Positions 11,660 to 25,462 of a stretch of DNA of 64,000 nucleotides are shown here, piece after piece. Where the stretch lies: the NCBI GenBank assembly GCA_039545335.1, contig BCIN01000001.1, positions 1,286,604 to 1,350,603 of the forward strand, in the 5' to 3' direction. Under the pieces are notes generated by a model. The model was given only the letters and a program-made list of their open reading frames with translations, searched no databases and had not been told where the DNA came from. Source of the stretch: Kondoa subrosea. Taxonomy: Eukaryota. Both the position numbers and the translations under genes were made by a program. Numbering within the stretch: the stretch's first letter is position 1; each line of letters begins with the position of its first letter.

Positions 11660-14600
11660 ATGTCGTCTCAGCATAACTACTTCGCTACTGGACCTGCTGC
11701 TCATCAGAATTATCGTTATGGAGCAAGCATAGCCAACAATGAGCAGCCTAGGGCTTCAACGGAAAGCGCTGGTTGGGAGAATCTATACAGTCAGATTGAA
11801 CAGCAACTCGATATTCCTCCTCAACATGGTCTATCTGTTGCTAGCAACACCGGTACATCGACAAACAGAAACTCTTCTACTGGTAGTGGAATTATTGCCA
11901 TGTATTACGGAGATGACACTTCCACTTCACCTCCTTCGCATTCACCTCCAATCAATGAAAGACTAGAGAGATCACAAACTCAAGTCGCAAGCTCTAGCAA
12001 CAGCAGAGATTATGCTTCTTCTGCTTTGACAAGTTCTAGAAGTATGTCAAATGGTTTACCTAGTCGACCACTTCCTCGAACAGCACATCCCTCCGGCCCG
12101 AGACCTCTTGGATCTTCAACCCAATCAACATCGGGTCGATCCATATCCTCCTCTTCAACAACAACCTCTTCTTCTTTGTATGCTGGAAGAAATGGGTTAT
12201 CAGAAAGACAGGCTTCAAAATTACCCATGAGAGAAGAAAGCTACCCCTGGACTTCTGCTTCTCCATCAATACCTGGATCCCCATCAGACCGAGTCATAGT
12301 TCAATCAAAACCTTTACCTGATCCATCCAACTATGGAAGAAACGGTTACGAAACTCGACGTAGTCCCAGTATAGTTGCAACACCGCCTGCCACAAGCGGA
12401 GCAGAAGAACAGAATTCTCCTTCACGCTTTCCTTCAAGGTCAAACACTCTTTCCCCTATTTCCGCTTCTTCCTTTTCTCACCTCAATCGAAATCATTCAG
12501 CTACGACAGTCACTTCTTTAGCAACTTCTACAATCTTATACGAAGATGAAGTGATTCATATCAATCAAGCCTTACTTACGAATTTAGCAGTCTACCTACG
12601 TGATCATGTACCAAGAGCAGAACACACTCGTTCATCCATTCCTTTCCCAATGTCTTTCACCGGTTCAGATCTAGTTACAACTCTTTTAAGAGCTTTACCG
12701 GACGTACACAAGAATCGTCGTTCAGCTCTCGATATAGCTCGTTCTTTGCATGAACAACTCTTCTTCTTTGAAGTGAGAAACAACCCAAATGCTATTGAAG
12801 ATGGTTTGGATCAAGTTTATACTTTTGTAGAGGATGAACAACCTACTTCTTCTGCTTCTAATGGACAGAGATATAATAACAACAATGATTGGGAAGAATT
12901 ACCTACTGGTGTTTTTACTGAAGTGACTAATTGTTATTCACCCATGTGCGCAAGATTGAGTGCGTTTGGTTCGGGAGGTGGTGGTTGTTATAGTCCTAGT
13001 TGTCCAAATAATCTTCAGGCGGTAAATTTCCTATCCCTCTTCATGGCTAGACAAGCAGAAATTGATACGGATTCTTAGGCTTTATTGAAGAGACATGCAA
13101 GTACGGTCAGCGAAGCACCAACAACAGCACCTTCTATAGTGAGCTTTCGGTGCAAGATATCAAATCCTGGATAGCTGATACATTCAATCAGGATCTGAGA
13201 CCTTGGGCTGAATTGCAAACACCAGAATTACTCGCTCACCTCATGTCCCAACCTGACGAAGGCAAACGAGAAATAGACCGACAGAATATGATTCATGAAT
13301 TGATCACTACCGAAATGAAATACGTGCATGAGTTGGAATTGCTTCGTTCGGTTCGTTTGTGGTCTTAGCAGATTAGCTTGTGCTAATACTTCTGGTCACA
13401 AACAAACAGGATTTTCTCGAACCTCTTACAGAAGCAGATCCGCCCATCATCGCTCCTGATGCTCAATCTTCCTTCTTCTCTGAAGTTTTGGGCAATTTCT
13501 TCGATATTAAAGAACAAGCTCAAAATTTCTCTGAAGCTCTGTTGAATCGACAAAGAGAGCATACCGATGTCATACAGAATATTGGAGATGTTGTTCTCAA
13601 TGTTGCTCTCGATTGGGGACATACGTATAAGAACTACGCAGGTCATTTTCCTTTCGCCAAAGCTAGTTTACATCAAGAGAAAGCTCGCAACCCAGCCTTC
13701 GAGCAGTTCGTGAATGTATGTTCGCGTTCGAAAAGTTTGCCAGCCTGCATTAATTGTTGCTGTTCCAGACCTTTTCTCGTCGACCTGCAGCCAACAAACG
13801 CGATCTAGATGACTATTTACAAAATCCTACAAAGCGCTTACCTAGATATCTGCTCATGCTCAGAAGTATATTAAAGAAGACACCTCAAGATCATTCAGAT
13901 TATGTTGCTCTGGAACAAGTGATTGAATTACTGGATGGGCAAGCGAAAGAAATGAATTTCGCTGTTACTGCCGCCGAAGCGGTCATTACCTGTCGGAACT
14001 ATCAACAAAGCTTAGTTGGACACGGCGGTGTGATATCGGTCAGTAGAATTGGTGTTGGCTTCATGGCAAAATCTCAGTCTGAACGTGGTTTTAGGATCTG
14101 GATCTATTTAGCGAAAATCGACAAGTGCTCAAAGTCGATCGAATGTACCGCAGATCAGAAAACAGCGGCTTCAGCGGGACAACGACGCTCCATGTAATCC
14201 TCTTCGATCATTATTGTGAGTTCGAGATGCGCAACAGCCTAATTCAAGCTTACATGCAAGCTCCTCTTACAGTGGTCCTGACGAAGGTCATAAATGGCAA
14301 GGGAACAGAGAAGAAACATCACATCAGTCGTAGAGTAAGTACTGCCTTCAGTCGACAGAACTGCGGCCTAATTTCGAGCAGCCCATACCCCTTGAACTTC
14401 TTACAGCTATTGGATGGGATGAGCCACCTCAACCTCGGCAGAGTCGTTTGCATTTACTACGTACGACAACTGACAATCAGTCGGTTTCTTCGAATGTGCG
14501 CGATGGTAGCGATAAGATGCTTTACCCCATCACTTTCAACTACCTTGGTCGACAAGGTGGAATCTTCGTTCTCTTTGTTGACTCAGACAAGAGCAGGCAA

Positions 14601-16220
14601 GAATGGCGCTCGAAGCTAGAAGAAGCTCAATCTCTGCGCAGAGCGGTTCTGGAAGAGAATCGCATCTTCGAAACAGTTACTATGAGCGCCGAGACGTTCA
14701 GTGCTAGATCAAGTAGAATATCTGACCAGACTCGACGAGATGGAAGTCTGGTCCCCATTGGTCGACCTGCATGCTCGGCTTTCTTCTGTAGGCTCGCTAC
14801 CATTTATTGCTATCCTTAGCTGATGATCCCTACAGCTACACCTGAAGGTCATCCACTAGTAGCTATAGGTCACGATGACGGCCTCTGGATAGGTCTCCGA
14901 CACGATCCTTCATCATATCGACTAGTTTTACATCTCAAATTCATCACTCAATGCGCTGTTTTACAAGATTTTGGCCTACTCCTTGTGTTGGCCAATAAAG
15001 TTCTCATAGCATATCCTCTCGAAGCTCTGGTGCCTTCCGCCGCAACAGCAGCCTCAAGGGAAAACAAAGAACCTCAAAGATTGAGCGGCAGCAAGGATGT
15101 ATTGTTCTTCAAAGTCGGCGTGATGAAGACTCGTCTGCTGGTCATCTATGTCAAGAAGGACGGCGTCACTCAGACTGTCTTCAAAGCGTTGGAACCAATT
15201 GCTATAGCTGATCGAGGCACTAGAGGTTTCATGCGAAAGCGCCAAGATTGGTTCAGAGAATACAAGGTCCGTGTTAGAAGTGATGAGTTGAGTCTCGGCT
15301 CATGTCTCGTCGCTTTGTTTCGGACAGGAATTCTTCATACCTTCAGAGGTATTTGGCCTGTTCTTCCTCAAATCGCAGTTATCTATTGTTTGTGCTCGGT
15401 GAGCAATTGCATCGTGATCCATGTACTATATAGCAGTGACTGACCATTTTATAGTGGATTCGAGCTTCTTCCAATCGACCGAGAGCCTCTACGGGCGGAG
15501 AGCTTTCCAGATTGGTCAAAATTACGTTCAGACCCCAAAGCTATGGATTTGCAGAAACGATGCAACGACTCAAAAGCAGTTGCTATGTTCAGAATTACAC
15601 AGACTGAGTTCCTCTTCGTCTTTGAAGGTAGCTTAAGGTTCTCCGGATGGTCTAAAGCTGACATCGTGGTGTGACAGACCTCGCTTTCTACACCGACAAG
15701 CATGGCGATCCATTACCTGGTCGATACAAAGACATCATCGAGGTAGATATTGCTGCCTGTATTTGCTGATCTCGACTGACATCGGCAATAGTTTCAAGGA
15801 ACGGCTCGCAGTGTTGCTTATTGCAAAGGCTATCTTCTGGCTTTCGATAGCAGTATGTATGATTAGCATCTGATCTGAAGTAGTGTTGATGTTCTTGGGG
15901 CAGGCTTCGTCGAAATCAGAGACGCTCTGACCGGCAAGCTTGTACAAATCATTCAAGGCAAAGAAATCCTCTGCCTCAATGACGGACAAGGTCTGGGTGC
16001 AGATAGCGGAAGACAGCGGTCGCATGATGACGGAGATAGAATTGTGCACATCGCTATGCGGAATCATGTTTCTGGAAAGGGAGATTTTTATTCAGTGGTG
16101 CGTTGACCTCTGCAATCTAGTGCTTCAGGACTTTAACGTTAATCTGTCCAGGTCGAGCTTGTGCCAGCACGTCATTTGATGGACATCCCGTCATCTCCGG
16201 CTCCTTCCACCTTTTTATAA
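11660..16220 (+). CDS. ROM2: Rho1 guanine nucleotide exchange factor (DEP, DH, PH and CNH domains), multi-exon
   Basis: Ser/Pro-rich N-terminus, SFTGSDLVT DEP region, ELPTGVFTEVTNCYSPMC, REIDRQNMIHELITTE, PTKRLPRYLLML, ITQCAVLQDFGLLLVLANKVLIAY CNH region. Confidence 0.9.
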
Positions 16221-16428
16221 TTCTTGGGCTTTCTCACATCTCTTGTACTATGTCGTTCTGTATTCGTGAAAGGGGAAAAGGGGCAAGTAGAGCGCAAATT
16301 GAATGCGATATTTTGGAGTGTTTGTATACTACTGCTACTCTGTATGCGATGGTTGCCTATCTAGATACTGTTTTGACCAAAAACTTAAATACCCATGTCT
16401 ATCTGAAGAATGCTTCGCAAGAATTGAG

Positions 16429-18306
16429 CTAAAGAAGAACCTCGTTGGCACATGATTTGGTGATAGACTTGTGAGGCAGAACAATGCAGCTGTGCGTGCA
16501 AACGCGACCTCTTTAGCTCTTGCTCGAGCTGTAAAGGTACTTGTCGACGCACCTTCTGACAAGCACTTCTGAAGCGACTGAAGTATCTTTGCCCAAAATA
16601 GCAATAGTCTGCTTCTCTTTGCCTTCTTCATTCATAGTCAACGGACTACCTTCCACTCTAGCCCAAGGACCAATCTTGCAATCTTCCGAAATGATGGAAT
16701 AAAGCGCACAAGAGTTCTTTTCCATTACTGTGTTATCCAGAATGATGGATTCTTTCACTCGACAACCATAACCAATCTTAACATTGGCGTTGATGGATAC
16801 ATTGGGACCAATTTTGGCTGTTGGATCTACTTGAGCAGTCTCGTCGATGAAGCAGGGCTTGGTTCAATACTATCAGTGAAGCTGACAACGCTTCGAAGGC
16901 TCTACTCACTTCGATAATTTCACACTGCAATCAAGAAGCATAGATATGAGCGAACAAGATAGCTCCCACTAAGGAGAAGTTTGACATACCTTGATGCGGG
17001 AAGTATCGTTGGCTACTTGAGCAGGCGTAGCATCAGTGACTGTTGGTGAACGCCTTCGAAGTAGAGTTGGGTTGAAGGATTTGTAAGAAGCTAGAACTAA
17101 GGCGTTTGCAGGCACTGCGGAACCTGCAGTCTTGATCTGTCGCCATGCGGTTTTGGGGGAAGTGTAAACGTAAAGCTTTCTATCAGCTACTAAAGGTGCA
17201 ATGACATCTTGTTCGAGACGAAGTTCTTCAGAATCTAAGGTTTGAAGTGGATCGTCGCTGGAAAACTACTTCGTCAGTACATTTCCCAAACCTAACATGA
17301 TTGACCTACGCAGCACGAGCGGTCTTGACGTCCATCGCCTGCTTGATCTCATCGAAGAAGCTCTTGTCGAATATGTCTGAGCCGAAGGTTAGCAGATGAC
17401 AAGGTTAGACAATGGCTCATACGTACAAACACCTCCATTGATAGTGTCACTGATGAAGTTCTCAGGCTTTTCAACGTAATGCTTTGCTTGGTTGGATTCA
17501 GGGTCGACCACAATGCAACCGAATTTGGTAGCGACTTCCTTTGCAACCTTGATACCCAAGATTGTGCCTACTCCACGATGACGGTCGTGGAATTGTTTAA
17601 GCTCAGCCAAAGGGTAAGAGCAAGCGATATCGGCGTGAAGGACGTAGATTTGGTCAGGGTTGCCTTTGAGGATAGCGTCACGGAAATGATAGAGTCCACC
17701 AGCCGTGCCTGTATCCAAATCAATAGTGCCAGGCGCATCCTGACCAGAGAAGCTAACCTAGAGCTTGGAATTCTCGCAGGTATCTGAAGATTGGTCAATG
17801 CCTCAGGAAGGCGCATTGACTGCGAAAGCCTCACCTGATCTTGATGTTTGGAAAGTCACGCTGAGCATCCTTTACGAAAGGAGCAAAGACGGCATCGTCG
17901 TAGAAACCAATGAGAATGACTGTAAAGAATCGAATTCAATGCTGATACGCGCTGGAAAAGACCTTTGCTACCTTCGTCCAAGCCTTCCAGTCTGCTGAGA
18001 CTCTGTATTCCGTGCCAAATGATGGCTGAATGAATAGCATAGCCATAAGCATAATCGAAGGAGTCGCGCAAAGGCTCGCAAACATACGTCTGGCTCAACA
18101 ATCAGCAACGCATTTGAATGCGAACGCGAAGAGACACTCACCGACCAGCTATCCTGAAGAGAGGCTTGGGAATGTCCAACGAGAGAGGCCTGACGAGACG
18201 AGATGTCTTAAGCTTGGGCACAGAATAACAAGCAGTAGGTCAAAAACCTCATTCGAGTTCCCTTCGAAGGCCCTCCGCATAAGATAACAGCTTTCGAATT
18301 GCCCAT
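16429..18306 (-). CDS. GMPPA: Mannose-1-phosphate guanylyltransferase alpha-type (GMPPA-like)
   Basis: [72 protein letters not shown], C-terminal hexapeptide repeats. Confidence 0.92.
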
Positions 18307-18922
18307 GACTTGATAGTAGAGCGCGAAGATGGAGTCGACGTCGCGAGAAGAGGTGTCCTTGAAAAATCGCACTCTTCTTCACACACAGCGGCAAGATGTC
18401 TGCCTCCAATCCGTCTGCTGTGCTTGCGTAGCGTGTGTGCATGACCTGAGCCAAACAGGACCGATTGTATTGCCAGCAAAGCTCAAACGTTTCTGCAAAA
18501 TTCACATCGAATTTGAGCTTCTGTTGTTATACAGACCTCTGCTGCATGCATCTGGTCTGGCTGCATTGACGTATCTCTTAGAGAGGACAAGATTCTCCTT
18601 GATTGACTGAACAAGTTATTATTAAGTGCCTTGTTCCGCCTCTCTTTCTGCGAAGGTGCGGGACAGCTCGAACGCCTATTTCATGATCTGCTCTTGTGCT
18701 TCTCTGCTATCCTTGAGCCCAAAAAAGGTAGTATTCAGTTCCCGCTTGAAATCATCCAAGACGCGTCGAAATCAGTTGAAGCTGGCCCTGCTTGCCTTTC
18801 AACCACCGTCCTGTCTTTTCGGCTTTCAATTGACTCTTGTGTTTTGTGTCTATTCAGCTGTGCTGTTCATCCTACGCAATTCCGATCAAATTTCCATTCT
18901 TTCAAGCATAAACAAAAATACA

Positions 18923-19860
18923 ATGTTTTCGTCAATCCTTCTCGCCCTCGCTTTCCTGTCCACTGCAATCCTTGCAACACCTGAAAATCGCAACGATCCA
19001 ATTCGCGTAAATGTGAATTTGGGTCTAGCAAATATTGGAGCAACCGTTTCCAGTACCAACACTAAAATCCAAGTCGGCGCGTCTGATTTACCCACCACTT
19101 CAGATGGGATTATATCAGCTGCTCAAACAGTGGATGATGGCGATTACATCTTGACAAATGTTGGAACGGGAGCAAACCTTACTTACTCAAGAGGTTCAAG
19201 AGGTCAAGAATTATTCCCTGATGATGGAGCTGGTTCTCCTTTGACCTTGAAGACGATGGGCGATAGTTATACCGTCATCAAACCTAGAGATGCAAACAAT
19301 AAGTGAGCGCTAGCATTTGCTTTCCAGAATTGGGTGCTAACGTACTTTCGACAGATGCGCTTCCGCTCAGTGGGACTACGAGACCGAAGGTGGTGTAGAT
19401 TGGGCTGCAGCTCTTTGTGAGTTTAACTTTGTAAACCGTAGAATATAAAGTGCTGACATTCCTTGATATAGATGCATGCAAAGTCTTCAACTTCAGCAAC
19501 AACAAAAGGCAGCTACCCAACAGGATTGATGTTCGCGCCGTACAGCTCCGATTAGCTAAGCAGTATTGGTACTGTGAGTCTATTACCTCAGCCTGTCATG
19601 AGGTCTTGCTCAGAATTGCCTTAGTAATTCCCGCCTCTACCGATGGAGCGTACAAGATCATACCAGTCGATCATCTTCTGGATATGAGTCCTCGAGCAAT
19701 GGATTCAGCCACTCGAATTGCTACCTCGAATGGTCAATCTCGTTACCCTGCTTTGAACCTTTTGGATAATGTTAGTCGTTTTCCTCTCGCTTAATGTGTG
19801 TAACTAATTCATCTGCATCAGACTGATCTTGCTCAAGAGTGGTATCTCACATCAGCTTAA
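18923..19860 (+). CDS. Secreted protein with ricin-B/beta-trefoil-like features (paralogue 1), 5 exons
   Basis: Signal peptide MFSSILLALAFLSTAILA; GDYILTNVGTG; KCASAQWD; KQYWY; terminal QEW (QxW-like) motif. Confidence 0.75.
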
Positions 19861-20121
19861 ATTTACGCACCCGCTGGTACTTCGGGAATTACATTGATTG
19901 TAAATCTGTTACTTTTTGCTTGTATCTTAGTTTTTGTCGCGTTTAGTTGCAATTGAGCTAGTTCTCTTGACTTGCAGTACACTTTCACGCGCCAAGAATA
20001 GAAAATTAATGCACGACGCGTTTGTCGAGCGGACATCCTAAAGAAAGCTTGTCGTTCCTCATCAACGGGATCCAGCTGTGCTGCTTGTCTTTTTTCTCGT
20101 CTCTCATTGTTCACCTTCGTT

Positions 20122-21306
20122 ATGCATTTCCTTTCTTTCCTGTTCTTAAGCGCTGGCTCGCTTCACACTTTTGTTTTCGCTCATTCCATTGCCGCATCGT
20201 TTGTCGCTCTTGCTTTCTTCAGAATGGCGTCTTATCCAAGCATGTAGAGCAACCACAATTGGCCACGGCAAATACACAATACGTAATGCACAAACGTCCG
20301 CGTCCTTTTGAGCATGCTACTTTGAGAAGAAAATCTGATGCGCGGTACAGCGGACAAGCGCTCATATACACAAGAGATGAACGAGGTCACTCCCTTTCTA
20401 CATCATTATCGCAAGAAGGCAGCGCCTTCTCTGTGAAAACGCTGGGTCACTATAGCGTGATCTCGCCGACATCCTCCAAGAACAAATGCCTCAGTTCGAG
20501 TATGTCTTCGCCTTTTGTCGTGTCTACACAGGGCTTACGATTGAGCAGTATGGGACACAGAGCAGAAAGCAGCGGTACGCTGTCTGAATACTAGCTTGGG
20601 AGCAAGATCTGACCATGAGAAATAGACTGCTGCAGCTCTGGTACGCTCATTTTGCCTAGTGTCAGTTCAATGAGCTTACGTTAGCTACTGATCAGTTCGT
20701 ATGTCGCGCTACGGATTTCAAGCGGAAAAGACGTCTAGGTCGAGATGCTTTCCCAGGTAAGTTCCGTTTTGCTCTGACGTGATCGGTGAATGTAGTTAAA
20801 ACTGTGGAACTACAGAAACGGATCGAGAAGGAGCACGTCAATCTATCTTTGAAAGTCGCGCAGACTTCCAAAGCCGCAGATGGGAAGAAGCAGTCCTGGA
20901 GGATCATCGAGCTCTGGCGGCTATGGAGGCTTATGAAGAGAAGGGTACAATATCGAATTACCTGACTAAGCAGTACGTCTTCCAACAATTGCTGTTTGCT
21001 CGCTAATAAGGCGTGACAGGTATTTTTATCTTTTGGCTGGATCTCAGAAGAACTCGTGCGTTTCCTTGTGACATGACTATACGATTGCTTACCAGGTATT
21101 TCAGGTTCCGTATTCTGCCGGTGGATCATCTAGTTGGCAGCCAGAAACCGCGAGCGATGTCTGCTAGAACTCAAGCCAAAGACGGTGCAACAGCCATGTC
21201 ACTGGAAGAGCTTGATTTGATGGATGTAGTGAGTCCTCTTCTGTACATCACTCGCTCGTAGCTGAAAGCCTCATAGTCGCAAGAGTGGATCATTACTAAG
21301 CAATAG
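20122..21306 (+). CDS. Secreted ricin-B-like protein (paralogue 2), about 10 exons
   Basis: Manual splicing gives MHFLSFLFLSAGSLHTFVFA...GKYTIRNAQTGQALIYTR...KNKCLSSIWD...AAALFVC...KQYFY...ILPVDHL...PRAM...QEWIITKQ*, colinear with paralogue 1. Confidence 0.7.
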
Positions 21307-21961
21307 TGGAAGTGATTTCCCCGTATCTTTGATGTAATATTGAGATGATGAGATCTGTTGTACAAGAGCAATCGTCCGGCAGAGCATGTAGCCTACTTGC
21401 CTCCAATTCAATTATCGAGATTTCCCTGAGAGCAGGTTGACTGCAGACCAAATCGTCTCGAACGGCCCATTACACGGGCTACTGTATCTCTCCATTGTCT
21501 TGCTCTTCACATGACATAGATTACTTCGCTCGTGCTTCTGGGTTACTCCGCCGTTTCGCCTACCGGTTTCATGGCCTCTGGCTTCTCTCCGAATGTGTGT
21601 GCAGCTTCAAGAGTGAATCACCTGGTGTGTATAACCTAGATCAGCATCGCTGTTCACTTCGCTCCTGCCAGATAGCTGCAATACTTCGTTTTAAGTCTCA
21701 ATTTCATTCTGGTCGACGGGTATAAAAAGATCCCTTATGCAGTATCAGACAATGGCCGACGGTGCGCTGACAAACGTCTAAAGAGGGCAGTCTGTGCGCA
21801 CATTTCGGGACAATGTGTGATTTCCATGCAAATCCTTTTCTGCCGGTTTCGCACGCAGTAAACTAAAGGCGCAGCTAACCGGACCTATGTATCCTGTCCT
21901 TGGCCAGGCTTTTCTCTTCCTAAAACCACACTCTTTTTCCCCTTTCTCTCGTTTCCTGTTC

Positions 21962-24900
21962 ATGATGCTCCTACCATCTTTATTGGTCGCTGCATTCGCA
22001 ACCAGTGTCATCGCAGCACCTAGCGTTGACTTCGAAATGCTTCCTAGACCTGGGCCTGATCAGCCTGCCGTTCGTCCTCCTCTTCCTCACCTTATAGATT
22101 CGCCTGGTCCTCATCCTGTTGCGCCTGGTCAATACCAGCCGTGTGATGAAGGAACTCCGATCTCTCGCGTTCGCAAGCCTCAGTGGGATCAATTAAACAG
22201 GGCAGTCGAAGTAAATGTCTATCGTCTGCCGCAAAGAACTGTCTGATTTGATCAAAGGGTCGTTTATTTGCTGGAACTCCATTGGCTGCACCATGCTTCA
22301 AGAAATTTTCCGGCCAAGCGTTCAGGCCGAAATATGATGTCGAGCAATGTGCTGTCATTCAGAAGAATTGGTCAATCGATAGTGAGCTTTGCACTCTTAC
22401 AGCCTAGGCAGAAGTTTACGTCCCGTCTCTAGCTACTCAATCTGGTTCTATCGGTGGCTATACGCAGTCTCAATGGAGTGGATGCATTGCGAAAAGCGAG
22501 CAATGTATCCTGAACTATGTCATGCCAAATGATACTTCAGCGACTTCCGGTGTTTGCAGTCAAGGCGAGCTGAGTCGACATAAGTGATGATTAGATTCTA
22601 AGGTTTTTTCTTCTTTAGGCGCCGTTTCACCGTACTATGTGTGTTTGCATTGCTTTTTGCGTTTGACGATGGCTCTGAGATTCCTCGCAGATCAATGTGC
22701 AAAAAGCTTCGGATGTCATGGCTGCTTATGACTTCTCAATCGCTACCGGTGTTCCACTCAATGTCAAGAACACAGGTAAGCTTGCTACATAATTGGAGCA
22801 AAGGTAGACCTTATCGGTCGTCCAGGTCACGATTACGAAGGTAGATCAAGTGCACCAGATTCTTTAGGCATCTGGACACACAATTTGCGCGCAATGACCC
22901 ATACCGACAAGTACAGGCCAGCTGGCTGCGATCAAACCTTGCCAGCTATGACAATTGGTGCTGGACAGCAATGTAAGCAAATAGAGCTTTACTTGGGCAG
23001 AACCTGATATGTGCTGTCAGTCGGCGCGATTTTCAAATATGCTGATCAGAACAACTTTACGGTCGCTGGAGGTTCCAGCGCCGGTGTTGGTATGAGGTAT
23101 GCAAATTCTTTGCTGTCTCCTCTTTTTCGATGCACATAACAGCCAATAGTGGAGGTTGGGTGTTCGGAGGTGGTCATTCGCCGCTCTCTCCTCATCTTGG
23201 TCTCGGCGTCGACAACGTGTACGTCACAATCCTAGCATGTTTGCGGAAGTATAGCTGATCAGACTGAACAAATAGCCTGGAGTTCAAAGTCGTCACACCC
23301 GCTCAAGGGCTTTTGACTGCATCTCGCTGCCAGAACAAGGATCTCTTCTTCGCCCTCGCTGGAGGAGGACCCGGTACTGTCGGCGTTGTTATCGAATCAA
23401 CTCATAAAACGCATGCTCCAATGCCTTTACAAGTCGCTTTCCATGGCATTATTACACCGACTGTTGAGGACTCCCTGAAGTTTGTCGAACTGGCTGTCAG
23501 CCGATCTCGTGAATTTGTCCAACGGTAAATACTTGTCCGTCTTCTGTCAGAATCCATATTGAATTGTCTTCACAGGGGTTGGGGAGGGTAAGCTACAACA
23601 ATAGTACAGTCAAAGATGCTGACGGTTTCGATAGATATCTCGCCATCACTCCAAGTGGGTTCTGGTTTCTGCTGGGCTGGCCATTATAGTTCTGATTTGC
23701 TTTCTCAGGAATCGGCGAAGTATCAGCTGTAAGTACTTCTGATTTTCTCGCCCATCAGATTGATTGATCAAACCTTATAGATCATCCTGGTCAACCCTGT
23801 CTTAAGCAACGAGGAAGCTGCCAAAGATGTCAAACGCAAGTCAAACCCATTCCCTGTCGCCTACTAGTCGAATTAACCTTGACTATAGCCATCAGCGACT
23901 GGATTGCTACTTTTCCCAAGGAGACTATCGTTACGAATGGTGTATTCCCTGTGAACACATTCTACGAAGCCTGTCAGTCCGGCAATTTCTAGGAGTGCTC
24001 ATGCCTGACGTAAAAGACACTTGCAGTCACGCAATTTCTGGTCGGACCCACAGGTGAAGGTATGTCAAGAGTCTCTCCAGTAGCAACTCCGTTCGCTCAT
24101 GTCTATGCTTCTTGCCTACCATAAAGCTGCGTTCGTTAATCTCGATCCTAGCAAACGCCTTCTGACATTTGAGTAGACCAATTGGACAACCTGCAGTGGT
24201 TGGGTCACGCTTGATGACCGAAGAGCTCTGGGAGCCAGACATGGTCAACACCACCGTCAAGTTAGTGTATCTCTTCTGATCTTACTACTGTGCTCATTCT
24301 ACTTCCAGAGCTATGCAAGATTACATGTTAGCACTCAACCCCGATCCAAAGGAAGAAGTGTATGGCCCAGGTAAGTTGATCAGAACTTTCTCGACGAGAC
24401 TGACCTTAGTCTGGATCGGCAGGACTCCAAGCTTGCTTAGTTGGACCCGTTAGGACTCCCTACTCTGGCATGACTGCTGAACCCAAAGCTTGGAGAAAGA
24501 CGATCGTGCATCTTTCAGGAGCAGTCGGTGAGCCCTGTCCCTTTTCGGCCCCGAATATTCTTAACAGAGCTCTACAGCCTGGTCTGTCGATTCGACATTG
24601 GCGTACAAAAAAGATCGCCTAGTAACTCTGAATAAAGCTTTAGACATTCTGAGAACCCTTACGCCTAATGGATCAGCTTATATAAATGAAGGTTTCTACA
24701 ACGAGCCTAATTATGAAAGCACTTTTTGGGACGTATGTTAAGAGCCTCTCTTCATCAGCGAACTCCTTTTGCTCATGTCTATGCTTCTTCATCGCCACAG
24801 CGACCTGTATACGACAGATTGGTTGCTATCAAAGCTAAGTACGATCCTATGCGTCTCCGTATGTCAAAAAAACTTTTGAAAAGCACTTTCGTTCGCTTAT

Positions 24901-25043
24901 GTCGATGTTTCCCCTTAGTCAACTGCTTCAAATGCATTGGCTGGAAGGGAGCCTCTGATCCAAAATTCTCTGTGAGTGTCAAACACCTTTCGTAGTGCAC
25001 TCATAATGACTAATTGATGTTACAGTGCTATCCCCAAGTTTAA
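21962..25043 (+). CDS. Secreted FAD-binding oxidoreductase, berberine-bridge-enzyme-like, many short exons
   Basis: Signal peptide; VKNTGHDYEGRSSAPDSLGIWTHNL; GGGHSPLSPHLGLGVDNV; DLFFALAGGGPGTVGVV; AYINE; YDRLVAIKAKYDP...NCFKCIGW. Confidence 0.9.
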
Positions 25044-25462
25044 ATGACGCATAATACGTCAAATAGCTACACATATTCATCGAATATAATACATTCTTTG
25101 CTCGATCAACCGGATGCGCGCTTGATTATCAATCGTAGCGAGCGGAAGCGACATGAATTCATGAACAGCTGAGACTTACAGATTACTGAAAACGAAGAAG
25201 AAGAAGAAGGGCTAGTTTTTCCCAAAACACAAGACTGACGCCAAAGCATACATAACGAGGCAGAAGAATAGCACATAAGAATGCATGCACCGATGACTCG
25301 CTGTAATTTTTGGTTCGTGTCTTCTCGAAGCCAACAACCGTCTAGCTATACCCATTGACAGCCCTGGCGTATTGCAGAATATATACCAGACGTGTTCCTC
25401 TAGCTTCTTTCCGTGTTTCCTCCTGGCCAACAAGTTTCGCTCGACCAAATTTCTACAACAGC

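Noticed and set aside
20022..21129. ORF-track proteins 20022-20594 (+) and 20692-21129 (-) as independent genes
   Set aside because: They are read-through or antisense shadows of the spliced lectin-like paralogue 2
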